From Octopus bimaculoides (Eukaryota): DNA of 64,000 nt. Of this stretch, positions 15,201 to 28,644 are shown one piece after another. The notes beneath the pieces were generated by a model that did not search any database, was not told the DNA's origin, and worked only from the letters and a program-made list of their open reading frames with translations. The translations under genes and the position numbers were made by a program. Within the stretch, counting starts at the first letter, position 1, and every line of letters starts with the position of its first letter. The stretch is taken from the NCBI RefSeq assembly GCF_001194135.2, contig NC_068982.1:128781649-128845648 (forward strand), given 5' to 3'.

Positions 15201-18200
15201 ACTAATTATTTCTGAAATTCAAATACAAAACAGTGGAAGTTAATGTAAAAATAACAGAAAATAATACTTTTGTCAATCCATTGTAAGCCATGTTTGGCAT
15301 CTTGATTACTGTTTTGGCCATATCCTGCTCTTTGGCCATATTCTGCACTTTGGCCATATTCTGCACTTTGGCCATATTCTGCACTTTGGCCATATCCTGC
15401 TCTTTGGCCATATTCTGCACTTTGGCCATATTCTGCACTTTGGCCAATGTAATGATCATTAAATTGATCAATTTTAATGTCATGGCTAATATGTTGCTCA
15501 ACTGCTTGTTTAGCTTTATTGTCAACTGGCCAGTCATCCCCTTGATCAAGTTTATTAGTATCTTTTAAACTATAGTCTCTTTCATTTGCTTTTCGTATTT
15601 TCCGATCTAATTTGTCGTCTAGATTTTCACCATCTCTTAAAATAGCTTTATTACCAGATTCAAAATATTCTTTAGGTCTTCCTTCAGAACTCAAGTGATA
15701 ACTAGCTTTGCTACCTTCTATTTGATAAAAATCAGATTCTGTAACATCATTAGCTTTATGACAAATCCTAGTTTTATTTGATTTAAGTTTATGATCAACC
15801 TCATCTGAATCAATATTCAGCATTTCATTCTCTTCAGATCTTCTAACAAAATCACAAGGAGCATCAACATTTCTACTTGTATCTTTTGAGAGTTCTGACA
15901 GACCTGTTTGGTTGATGTCAAGATGGTCTTTTTTATTGTAACCTTTAGACATCTTTTGATCAACCAAATTAGTAACTTGATCAATTTCAGGGATGACCTT
16001 TTTGTCAACATCCTGATCAAAGTTCTGGTCAGTTGTGAGACTAATTTCTCTATCTGTAGCATTTGCAATTTCAGCCTCAGAACTGGCCTTTTGATCAGAG
16101 TCTTTCTTGACTTTGAATCTGATCTTTTGGTCAACTTCTCTACTAATTTTTTGTTGAGCCTCAAGATTAGACTCCAAGTCAGTGGATTTGCTTATTTGTT
16201 GATCAACGTGATAGCCACTATGATTTAGATCAAACTCATTGACATTATCTTTGCTATGGCCTTTCCTTTGTTGAATATCATCTTTAACTGGATAGTCAAT
16301 ATTTTGGTGCCTATTATGGCCAACATCTTGACCATCTTCTGAAAAAATAACAATTGATATTTGTGGCAAAGTGATTTGTATTTCTTTGTATGTTGCTGTG
16401 TTTAGAAAATAAAACTGGTAAGAAATAAACTAATGAAGCAATGATCAACAAAAAATATGATTAGAGTTTAAATAATTTGAAGAAAACCAAATAAAATTAT
16501 AATCCTCAATTGCAAGAGCGTGTGAGTGAAAGACATCTTTCATTATCTGTTACTGGTTTCAGTCAGTAAGCTGATACCATAACGGGGTACTAAAACCCTT
16601 GAAGAGTTTTAGTCAATCAAATTGACCTCAGTACTTGTTTTTTTTTTTTTTTTAAGTCTGGTATTTATTCTGTCAGTCTCCTTTTCTGAACCACTAATTT
16701 ACAGGGATGTAAGTAAACCAACACTGGTTATCAAGAGGTGGGAAGGTCAAACACAGACAGAAAACACTGATATACACACATACATATGTATGTATACATA
16801 TATATGATGGGCTTCCATATAGTTTCTGTCTATAAAATTTCCACAGCATTGGTTGGCCTGGGGCTAAGGCAGAAGACAATTGCCCAAGGTGTTGTGCAAT
16901 GAGACTGAAGTTGATACTATAAGACTGCAAAGCAAGCTTCCTATCACACAGCCATGCCTGTTGCACCTGATATCAAAGATATTGGATTTTTGCATTTGTT
17001 CAGCAAGGTTCTTGATACTCGTTACCCAACCAATGTAAATCTAAATTAAACTGCACATAGTTTAATTTCAAAAATATTTAAAGAAAATTAAACTAATTAA
17101 ATTGCTGATATTACAAATGTTATTCACAAATTATAACATTATTTTAAGGTGTGTTGAATTAAAATCATTACATTTTTCTAAATGTAAAAATGACAAATAA
17201 ATCTCATTTGAAAGCATTTATAACCTCAACATTAATTTTTAAAAAAACAAATTCAGCTTACAGTATATAACTATTTCTATACACCTTCCTTTTCTGAACT
17301 AATCAACTAGTGTTAAGAAAGCCAATCTGACCATAGTAGCATGAATTGTTAAAATAGTGGTGCTGGTACTGATGATGATGGTGGTGGTAATGACAGTGGT
17401 GGTGATGGTGGTGATGAAGGTAGTAAAGATGATAGTAGTGAAGTGACTGGTTGATTCATAACAATAATATTAATGTCAATGATGAGAAAGAAACAGTTTT
17501 CATAATGTTTATCTGTTATGAAACAATACACAACAAAATATTTTCAATGAAAGAATTTTCTTTGCAATCTTACTACTAACAATTATCAAAACTGTGCTGT
17601 AAGCCAAAAATACATAATATAAAGCGAAATAATCAATACACAATAAAAAAAAGAATGAATAATTTGTTTAGATATGTAACAAGTTAGGTAACAAAAATAA
17701 TATAAATATGAATAACCTACCATCAACCGTTAGAATTGCAGAGCTTTTTACACCATCCACCACAATAGTATACTCCCCTTCATCATCAAGTTCAGAGGGT
17801 TCAATGATCATTCTGTGAACACAACCATCCACAACAAGTTCAACTCGTTCACTACCACTAAAGATTTCTTTTTCAAACTTCCAAACTGCCTTTTTATTTG
17901 GTTTGTTAATTTCACATTCCATGACAGCTTTCTCTTTCTCCATAATTTTGATATCTTTAAGTGGTTTCAGGAACTGAACTGGTTCTTCTGCAAAATTTTT
18001 AAAAGAACTCACTATTATCAAAGAACAAATTTTATTTTTAAAAACTTCACTTTTTAAAAAAATATATATTGAGAAATGTTAGGAAAATGTATAATAGAGC
18101 CAACAACAACTAATAAAACAAAATAAACCATGTCAAAATAAGAATAATATTTGAATGATTAAAGACAAACTTGATTTCTGATAATTAGTGTTACCCATAA

Positions 18201-21200
18201 CATAATACTTCATTTTGATGCACAAATATAGATAAATTGTAACCTATTTGTAATATAATTTCATATTGCACAATCATGGACCACTAGAACAAAAATGTAC
18301 TTATTGATTTTTTCTGGGTATTGTTTATGGAAGAGGCTATGAGATAGTTATATGAGAAATTTGAAAATAAAAATAGTGTAACAGCAGTCATTGGATGAAC
18401 TAAGCGATTGACTGTTCAGAACAATATGGTTAGTGTAGAAGAATAAGGTGATGTATGCTAGCTTAAGATGTTAATGTATTATGTATATTGTACATTCATA
18501 ACACATACAAACACACAGACATTCATACAAATATCCTATAGATATAAATATTACAAAAAAAATAGTTTCTTATTAAATATTAGCAATATTTTGATATCTT
18601 CTAATATTTAAGAAGCTAGGAAAATATTTGCAATTTTAGATCAAATGAAATTACCATCCACAAAGAGAGTGGCTGTAGTCTCCACATCCCCAATACAACA
18701 AGAATAATCAGCTTCATCCATTAGAGCTGCTTCAGTAAAAATAATTTGGCGAGTAGAACCATCAGAGACAAATTTGATTTTGTCACTAGGTTTAATCTCT
18801 TTGCCATCTTTTTTCCATATAATGGTGGCATTTGGTTTTGTAACCTGGCACTCTAATATAGCTTCTTGTTTTTCAGTCACATGAACATCATTCAACGGTT
18901 TCTTGAATGCAGCAGGAAGTTCTAAAAATAAGAAAAGCATCAAATTGTAAAAGTTGCAAACATTGAAACTACTGAGAATGATTATTTCAGGCAGAAATAG
19001 ATGTCTTAATTGCAGGACAAGATATGATAGAATCATAACTGATGGTTTACTATACATGATGAATGATAAATGATAGTTTTAACCTGAGTTACTCGTTGGT
19101 TTCAGATGTTTATTAAGATAACATCGTTCTAAACTTTATTCTTCAGAGTAAATATATTAATGCAACTACATGAATGTTAAGACTATGATTGCTTTAAGAA
19201 CTTATATATAAATTTTATATATATATATATTTTATAAGGAAAACTATTCAACTTTCACCTAACATAAGCAATAAAAATTATTTGTATTTCCTTCTAACTC
19301 AATGCTATTAGCTTTCAGAGAAATTATTATTATATCATGTTTGCGTTAAAATATTCCATACAACAAATCCCTTTAAATAATAGAGATGGTTTTAAATATT
19401 AGGGCTTTTGTTATATTTTAACACTTATGAAATTGCATATTAAACGTAATCTATAGAACAATTTTTCACATAGTTTTTAATGTTTTCAACTTCTAAAATC
19501 ATCATTAAATAATACAATTAATAGTACCTTCAATAGTCAAGGTAGCTTTAGTTGAAACATCCCCACAAACACAGGTATATTCTGCTTTGTCATCTAGTGT
19601 GGTATCATGTATTATAAGCTTCTGTTGGAAACCATCAGTGATAATTTCAAAATGATCACTCGGTGTGATTTCTTTTCCATTCTTCAACCATTTAACAGTT
19701 GCATTTTCCTTTGTTAATTCGCATTTCAAGGTAGCAGTTTGCTTTTCTTTCACAGTTACATCCTTCAGATTTGTTTTAAATGTTGCTGGAAGTTCTGCAA
19801 AAAAATAATATTTTTTAATGAATAGAGAAAAATTATGCTTATTTTAAAATAAGAATATTAAAATGCATCTACAAGAAAGAAATACAAATAAGATTAAGGC
19901 ATCATTATATGGTATGTTCAAAAGAAAATGAATGTTGAGGTACAAAAAATTTAATTATATAATGTAAAAAATGTACTTCAATATTAAAAGAATTCAATTA
20001 TCAAATTTTTATCATAGCTATCTAAATTTACCTATGACTGTCAATTTAGCAGACACTTCATTTCCATTTGGTAAGACACATGTATATTCTTCTTGATCAT
20101 CCATAACAGCATCTGTAATAGTTAATTTCTGGATGCACTTGTCTGTAGACATAGTAATACGGTGACTTGATTTAAGAGTCTTCTTATTCTTCATCCATTG
20201 AACCTTTTTGTTAGGTTTGTTTAACTCACAAGTAAACTCAGCTGACTCAGTTTCTTTGATTGTCTTATCCTCCATGTCAGTGGTGAATACAAGTTCTTCT
20301 TCTGCACAAAAAAATTTGAATACAAAAAGAAATATTAGAAATGTATTTATTGTATATATTTCAAAGAACTCATAAACTTAATTGTATATACACTATAATC
20401 TTTCTCATTACAGTTTATATATATTTTCAGAAAATGAAATTACTATTCTTGTGCAAATACAGAGAATGAAATAAAATATTCAAATATATTTTGAAATTTG
20501 CTATAATAAAAATTATAGTTAAATAAATGAATAGCATTATTAATGTCATAGTAGACTCTATTTTAGGAATTCAACAAATTAATGATTTTATTTATAACTA
20601 GACACTTAACTGATGACTATTATAAGGTTTATTACATGAAATTCTAAATTCAAAGATTTAATATTATTATGTTTTCAATGAAAGAGTACTTCTTTCTAAT
20701 TAAAAAAATGTACAAATAAAACAAAATCACACATTTTGATAAACTACTGCAAATAGATATAAAAATATTATTTATACATTATACATTATGATAGGAGACC
20801 ATGCATCAACATTTATAGTAAAACTCAAGTGGTGACAGGGGAATGTGCCATTGGATTCACATGGCACCTTTCATTAAAGTAAAACACACTAATTGGTAAG
20901 ACAGGAATGGAAAATATTGGAAATTGTGAATTGTTTTGTAAGTAAACTTATAGGATTTGAGAGATAAGTTTGAATATTTGTGACAATTTTGTGCAAAGGG
21001 TAGAGATATACGTGAAATTTGGAAAGAAAATATATTTAGCTTGAGAATTTTCTGCTGAAAATTAGTACTGCAGAAGCATGCATTCATGATATATAAAATG
21101 ATACAGATGGGAAAATGAAATTTAGAAATTTAGTTAGGAAAATTAGCATGCTTCACAATATCAGCTATCAGTGCAAGGCATACATCATATTTAAGGTATT

Positions 21201-24200
21201 TATCATCACCCTTGGAAAACATTTAATATTACCCTTAACAGTAACAACTCCTTGTGTTGATAATTTGCCAGCCTTGCAACTATATAATCCATCATCAGAA
21301 AGTTCAACATTGTAAATAACGAGTTCAAAAGCAGTTTTCTCTTTATTCGTGCACTTAATTTCATGTCTCTTATCATTCATGATTTCTTTATTTTTAAAAT
21401 ACCATGTCACTTTGGGTTGAGGCTTAGATATTGTAACATCAAGAGTAAACAATTCTTGTTTCTCATAGACAACCACATTATTCAATTCTTTAATGAATAC
21501 CAAAGGTGTGTCTGGAATAAATTGATGTTAGTATAATTGAAAAAGAGGTACAGATCCTCAGATATGTGCATTTGATAAAAGCTTTATGCATTAGTTAAAT
21601 AAATCAAATAATAAAATACAATCAATTTTGCTGATTGAAAAATGCCCTAAAATAATTTCTTACTATTTAGCAGCAATTAAGAAAAGCAGTTGAATATTAT
21701 AAAAATATTTGGGGAAAAGTTATATTGATCAATGTAACAAATATTTCTCTCCATATTTAATTGCCTTTAGATGTAATTATAGGTTCTATTCTATTAAATC
21801 TCCTAAGCTCATGAAAGGCTTTAATAATAGGTATAACAAATTTTTAGCCCACAATGTTGATTTCATACACATGGCTGGAAGGAGGAAGAGTGTGAAGAGA
21901 GCCAACACATGTACTGCACAGGTACTTCATTTACCACTTCCAAAAGGACAGAAGATGATATTGACTTTAGTAAGATTTGAAACCAAAGCATAGAAAGCCA
22001 AAATGAATATCTCAAGGTATTCTATCTGGTGTGCCAACAATTCAGCCTTATACACACACTTTTAGATAAAAATGTAAATGTACATTTATTTTCATACTTA
22101 TAATCCTGTTTATAAAATATAAATAACCTATAGGGAAATATTTGTTTTAATATTAAAACACAAAAGAAGAGGGGATTAAGTATTCATTAATTCAATGTTT
22201 TTAAAATTAATAGAATAATGCTTTATAATTCATGAAATTATTCAAACTAGGGATAGACTATGAGTGAGATGGTTGGATAATATCCATAGTCACAATTGGT
22301 CACACCTGGGAATCCACCAGGAAAGTTTGATTATAGGCGCTTCTGATAGGGCCCTATGGAGGAGGTGCCTGGGAACTGCAGCCCTCTGATCTTTCCAGGA
22401 ATAGAACGCATAGAAAATGGATAGATGGATGGACTCTTGTAATGTTTTTAAGCAAAATATTACACACTCTTTAGGTTTGGTTAGATACTTATTCTAATTA
22501 TCCTTAAGGTATAACAACAATGATATTTTATATAATAAATTTAATATTTGTACATTATTGTGTTATTTTTTTTCATTCTATAGAAGATAAAACCAAGAAA
22601 AGCCTAATCTAGATTTTGATAGTATATTATCTAAAATTCAGGTCCAAATAAAGAAATCAAGTATCATTATTTTTCTCCTCAATTAGCTATTCTTGAAACA
22701 ATTTTTTCTATTATGAAATTTAGATTTAAGTAATGGTTATATGTTCTTTTCTTATTTAGTGATGACAGTATTTAAGATTTTTAAATTAATGTTCAGTTAC
22801 TTTCAATGGTCGCAACAGGTTTGATTTAACTAACACTAAGATAAACTAACATGACTGAAAGCTTCTCTTTTAATCCTTGAACTTTGCATTTTAATTATGA
22901 ATTTTAATTTTTTAATATTTAACTGCTTTTCTTAAATATTAGTATTAGCATTAACTTTCAATACATAAATGCACAAACTTAATGAATGATTTTCAATAAG
23001 TTCAACAATGTATGTATTAAAACTATAACAATTTACAAATACAAAAGAAAAAAAACATTCAAAATTCTTGAAAGATAAAAAAAAAGCTCTAAAAACATTG
23101 AAATGAAACAGGCATTGACATATTAAAATCATTTAATTTTCTGAATATTACTTTTATTGCTATTGTGTTGATAAAAGCACAAAGAAAAGAAAATAGTTCT
23201 TTGAAATATCTTAATACTTTAAAGAGAACAAAGGGAACATTGATTTATCTCTGTCATATAAACTATTGATATTAAAATCATAAATGATATATACTGCAAA
23301 ATAACTGAACAGAAAGAAATGATTTCAGAAAAAGCTAAGGCAGATTTATGAGTGGTTTTCTTAAGCTTAAATTTATCATCAGGTATGAGGAAAACAGAAA
23401 TACCTCAGCTTTATCAAAATATATATATATATGTGGATACAGAATGTACAGAACTTAAGACACATTTAGTGAATGCTTAATTAGTGAGAAAACCTTGTGT
23501 TACACAATCAGAAGTTGTGCTAACTCTGTTCAGTTGAAAAATATATCTTGATGCAGCATTTAAATATATTAAATGTATTAATTGGAAATCATAATGAAAT
23601 ACTATTGTGAAAACAAATTCTAATCGATGATTTATAATAATGAGACAAAGCCCTCACTAATATTCCAGAGAAATACAATAATATAAGGTCACTTAATACG
23701 ACACTTTTTCTAAAGAAAACTTTCTCTGTTAAAATGCTATATGAAGGATGCCTGGTTGATGAAAACTTTAATGTCTACTCCTGTATCTATTGAATACTCT
23801 TTGCTTTGATCAATACGCAAAATAAATGTATGTGGGAAAAGTCACATCAAATGTTAAGACCTAAATGATTGTAATATGTCAAACACAATACATATGTAAA
23901 ATGCAAAAGCATAATTCAAGCTAAAATATATTAGAGCAATATAATTTTTCCATCTTTAAAGTATCAACAAATGCCATATTTATAAATTTCATTTTGATGT
24001 TTGCAAAACTATTTTAATACCTAGTTTTCATAAAGAAAAGTAAATCTTGATAGCTAAATATGTTTTGCGAAGAATTGAATGAGCTAAATAAATGTTTATT
24101 TAAAAATTGTTTTACTATACTTTCTTTATTTATTCGGATATAAAAATAGAAATATAAGTTATTTACATCATCATTAACTTTAATATTTTACTTCTCATAT

Positions 24201-25383
24201 CCATATAATGATATTTTTGTAGAACATGTAAGAGCTATAGTGAAAACTAAAACAGTAGTGATTTTAACAAATACATAAGCCAAATCAATTCAGTAAATTT
24301 TAATTTACTATAAATCACAATTAATTGTGAAGTAAAAGCAAGAAAATCATAAAATGTCATTTAACGTCCGTTGTCAATGCTGGCATGAGTTGGACAATTT
24401 GACTGGGCTGGCACGATGGAAGGCTGTGCCAGGATCCAGTCTGATTTGGCCTGGTTTTATATGGTTGGACACCCTTCCTACTGCCAACTACTCTGAGAGT
24501 GTAATGGGTGTTTTTACATGCCACCAGCACCGGTGCCAGATGCATGACACCAGTATCTGCCATGGCTGGGATTTTGCTTGGCTTGATGAGTCTTCTTCTC
24601 AAGCATGACATAAAGCCAAAGGTCTTGGTCATTGCCTCCATGAGGCCCAACACTTGAAAGGACCTTGGCCACTTTGCCTCCATGAGACCCAATGCTCAAA
24701 AGGAACTCAGCCACCTCACCTCCATGAGGACCACTCAAAAGGAACTCAATTACCTTGCTTCCCAACACTCAAAAGGAACTCAGCCACTTTGCCTCCATGA
24801 GGCCCAAAGCTTGAAAGGAACTCAGGCACCTCATTTCTGTGAGGCCCATTAATTTAAGAAATACCTTTGTAGTAGATAATTATTAAATAATGTGGATAAA
24901 CATTTTCATCACTGTCATAGTATTACTAAATTAAAATAAAAATTTAATAACATACATTGTAACTAACTTTAAGGACAATGTAATTGCTTGATATTGAATG
25001 TATTGAATATGAAATTATATCGTTGCTATTATGCAAAAGTATCATAAGTCCAAAACGTTGCTTTTTCAGAAAATGAAAAAATAGTTTTACCATTCCATTT
25101 CTTTTTATATTAGCAACTGTTTCAGCTTACAATAATACTTCATTGGGTGCATAAAAGTGTAATTCCATGCATGTCTGATATTTTCAGTCAGAAATATTTT
25201 TGCAAAACTGTCATATGTGGGATTTACTACATGTTTAAAAAATACTAAACTGTTGCACTACACTTTGACAATTTTCGTATCTTGGCATCTGAAGCAGCTG
25301 GAGATACGATAGTTTGACCAAAAGAACTTGCTATTGCAAGAAAAATTAAATATTGAACATACAAGTTTAACATAATAGCAACG

Positions 25384-25426
<43 letters not shown>

Positions 25427-28400
25427 AATTTTTAACAGTATATTTAATATCATTACTATGAAATATACAATATAGACATATACATTTTCAGTAGTGTATT
25501 TTATATCATTACTATAAATTAATTGTGAAAAATATAAAAATATTCATAATCTCTCACTGAAGAGAAACTAAACCTGAAATGACCATAAGTCAGTCCAAAG
25601 TTTTGTGCTTTAAGTTTCACTTGAAAGTCTGTAATGACTATGATGTCTAATAATATTAAAAAAAGTATAGTTGACCAGAAGAGTTTGATCATAATATTAC
25701 TATAACTTTAAAAAATATATAAATATACACTCAGATTGTATATTGTTATAAGCAAATAATACCTGTCAATAGTGTATTATATATAGTGATACTTTTACTT
25801 TCATAACAAGAATATGTTATGATTAGCTTTAACTTTCTGAATGTTACCACCGCAAAACAGTGATGGCAGAAAAACTTGCTTTTTATTTTTTTAATTTGAC
25901 ATTTTACTTTTAGACATTGCACAATAATTATTCTTTAGAATTATTATCATAAAGTTATATGAAAATATTTTTAATTAACAAATCTAAAATTAAAGAGTCA
26001 GTTATATTGAAATGGTCACAGATAATTGCTCTGTTTTCCTGCACCCACACTATTCTCACATATTATATGAAGCAAGTAAAACTAATTCATACTTATTAAT
26101 TATTTACATTATGGTTTTATATTGATTAAAAGAAAAACAATATATTTCATTCATCTTTAAGAAATACTTGAGTTAATGTATCAAAATATATAATATATAT
26201 ACAATATAAAGATACAGATAAGGAAATAATTTATTCTCAAATGCAGAACATTGCTAACAGAATAGCAGGAACAGGATAAAATATCCATGTTTTGCTATCT
26301 GTGTCTTTCAATACATCTCAATACTTCCAAAGCAAACTTTGTTTACTTTCATCGTAGTTTGAATATATAATATAGTTTTTGTCAATAATGTTAACATCAA
26401 CAGTGTTTCAATCAAATATGATAAAAATTATGGAATAAGACAGATTTCTTCCAATTATTTCTTTATATTCCTTTGCAGTAAAGGAAATTTGAACTATTAT
26501 ATGTAAATTTAAATGCAAAGAAGAAAATGAAAAATATGGTTACTTCTCTCTATTATTGTAAAGTAAACTGGCTAAGTGAAAACAAAAACCAACAGAACTT
26601 TTGGTTTATAAAGGAAAAAATGCATTAAATTTAAGTGAAGCAAATTATTATATAGCAAATTTAGTACAATAGCAAAGTGCAAATTCCTTCTTCCTAATTA
26701 GCATATATGCAAAAAAAAAATATCTAAAAAAATAAATTAAGTATCTAAGCAAGTATTTTATGACAATCATAAAAGCACCTTCGTTTTATGGTAATAAAAA
26801 TATAAACACATAAATTAGTACATACTAATTTGAACAACAGAAAATAGTAACTTGATATTTTTGAAAAGATATAAAGTGGTATAGAAAAATAGAAACATGC
26901 AATTAGATATATTTTGTTCCTCACCTTCGACTTTCAATTTAGCAGATGTCTTATCATTATCAACACATGCCAATACTGTACCAGCATCACTGAACTTTGC
27001 TTCTTTTATGATCAATTTATGAATTGTTCCCTTTGCAACTATTTCATAACGATCATCATCGCTGCTGATTTCCTTTCCACCTATAAACCATTTGACAGGA
27101 GCTCCAGGTCTAGATACTTCACATGAAAACTCTGTTCTGCCAAGTTCTTTAACACTTTTATCTCGAATCTTCTGAACAAACTTAGCAGGTAATGCTGGGA
27201 AGATTTAAAATTATTGTTAATAAACTGCTGAATTATCAGAACATTGAAAAGAGGGTACATATAGAAAATGAATTGGATTCAATATTTTGGGCATGAAAAT
27301 ATTTTAAGTTGATTTGAAATTTTTTTTTTTTTTCATAATTTTTATAGTAAAAATTTACTATAAAAATTTTTCAACAATCTGACTGAAACAATGTTTCTAA
27401 TGATACCAATATACTGAATCCATTTCATTTTTTGCCACAGGAAGGAATAAAAAAATATGAAATAATAATATAAATGATATTTACAATAAGTATATTCATT
27501 TCTAAACATAAATATATAATCATGAATATAAATTACATAGAAATGAAACACTTATTAATATTTCCTTCCAGTGGACTTTGAATATGAAAATGTAATGATA
27601 ACCCTCGGTTCCCTGACAGTCTTTCCAGCTGACACCTGATTGGTCCTGAGGTTCAATAACCTTAAACTTCGATGTTTATGGCTTTTAGATATCGATATTA
27701 GTAAAATAATTAGTAAATAATAAACTAATGATGTTAAAAGTGGTTATGCAACATTCATTCTTGCATATCAGTAAACCATTGCAAGTAATGGTTTAATTGA
27801 CAGCACGGATGAATGTTGCATTTGATGAAAGTAGGTTAGTATTGTAAAGGAGATCACATAAAATCTATATTACTCACCTGTATCAACAACTTTATTACAC
27901 AATATAAAATAAATTGTTTTTCAGCCTACCTCATTGTGTTGTGTAAATGAAGCAGATTCATAAAGCTATTTCTAATATATTTCTGTCTTAAAGTGAACTG
28001 TATTAAAACAAATACTTGATAAACTAAAAAAAATTTTTTCACAATACATTTTATTTGCATTGAAAAATTTGATTGTAACCAAATCAAAATCTAAATGACT
28101 TCTATAAAATTGTAATTTGTCATTCTAGCTCAAACTTGCAGTCTGAAAATAAGTTTTATATGACATTCTATAGAGATGTTTATTGAAAGAAACCTGAAAT
28201 TATATTTCTTACCTGTAACTGTTAACTTAGCTCGGCATTCTTTTTCAAGCAATTTTGCAGTTACTTCACACTCATCAGTTGGAACGACGTTCTTAATGGT
28301 AAGGGTATGAGTGAAACGATTCCACTCAATTTTATACCTAGTGTTCTTAGATACAGGTTTACCATCTAAGAACCATTCAATTTCAGCTTCATCGTCATTT

Positions 28401-28596
28401 GTTTTGCATTGGAAAACAGCTTCACCTTTTTCAGGAACAGTTAAATCTTTAATGACATCAACAAAATCAGGAGGAACAGCTGCAAAAGAAGAATTAAGGC
28501 ATAAATTAAAACTGTTTTAAAAGAATTTTATTCAGATTATTTCAATGCATAAATTGTTATCAAACATACAGTATCTCTCTAGAATGAATGTATATA

Positions 28597-28644
<48 letters not shown>

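Noticed and set aside
22801-22829. Possible microexon TAG|...|GTAACT reading KSNLLRPLK
   Set aside because: 29 nt; breaks the phase-1 frame between exons 34 and 35.
24354-24768. Overlapping 84-111 aa ORFs
   Set aside because: Fall within a SINE and its internal repeats.
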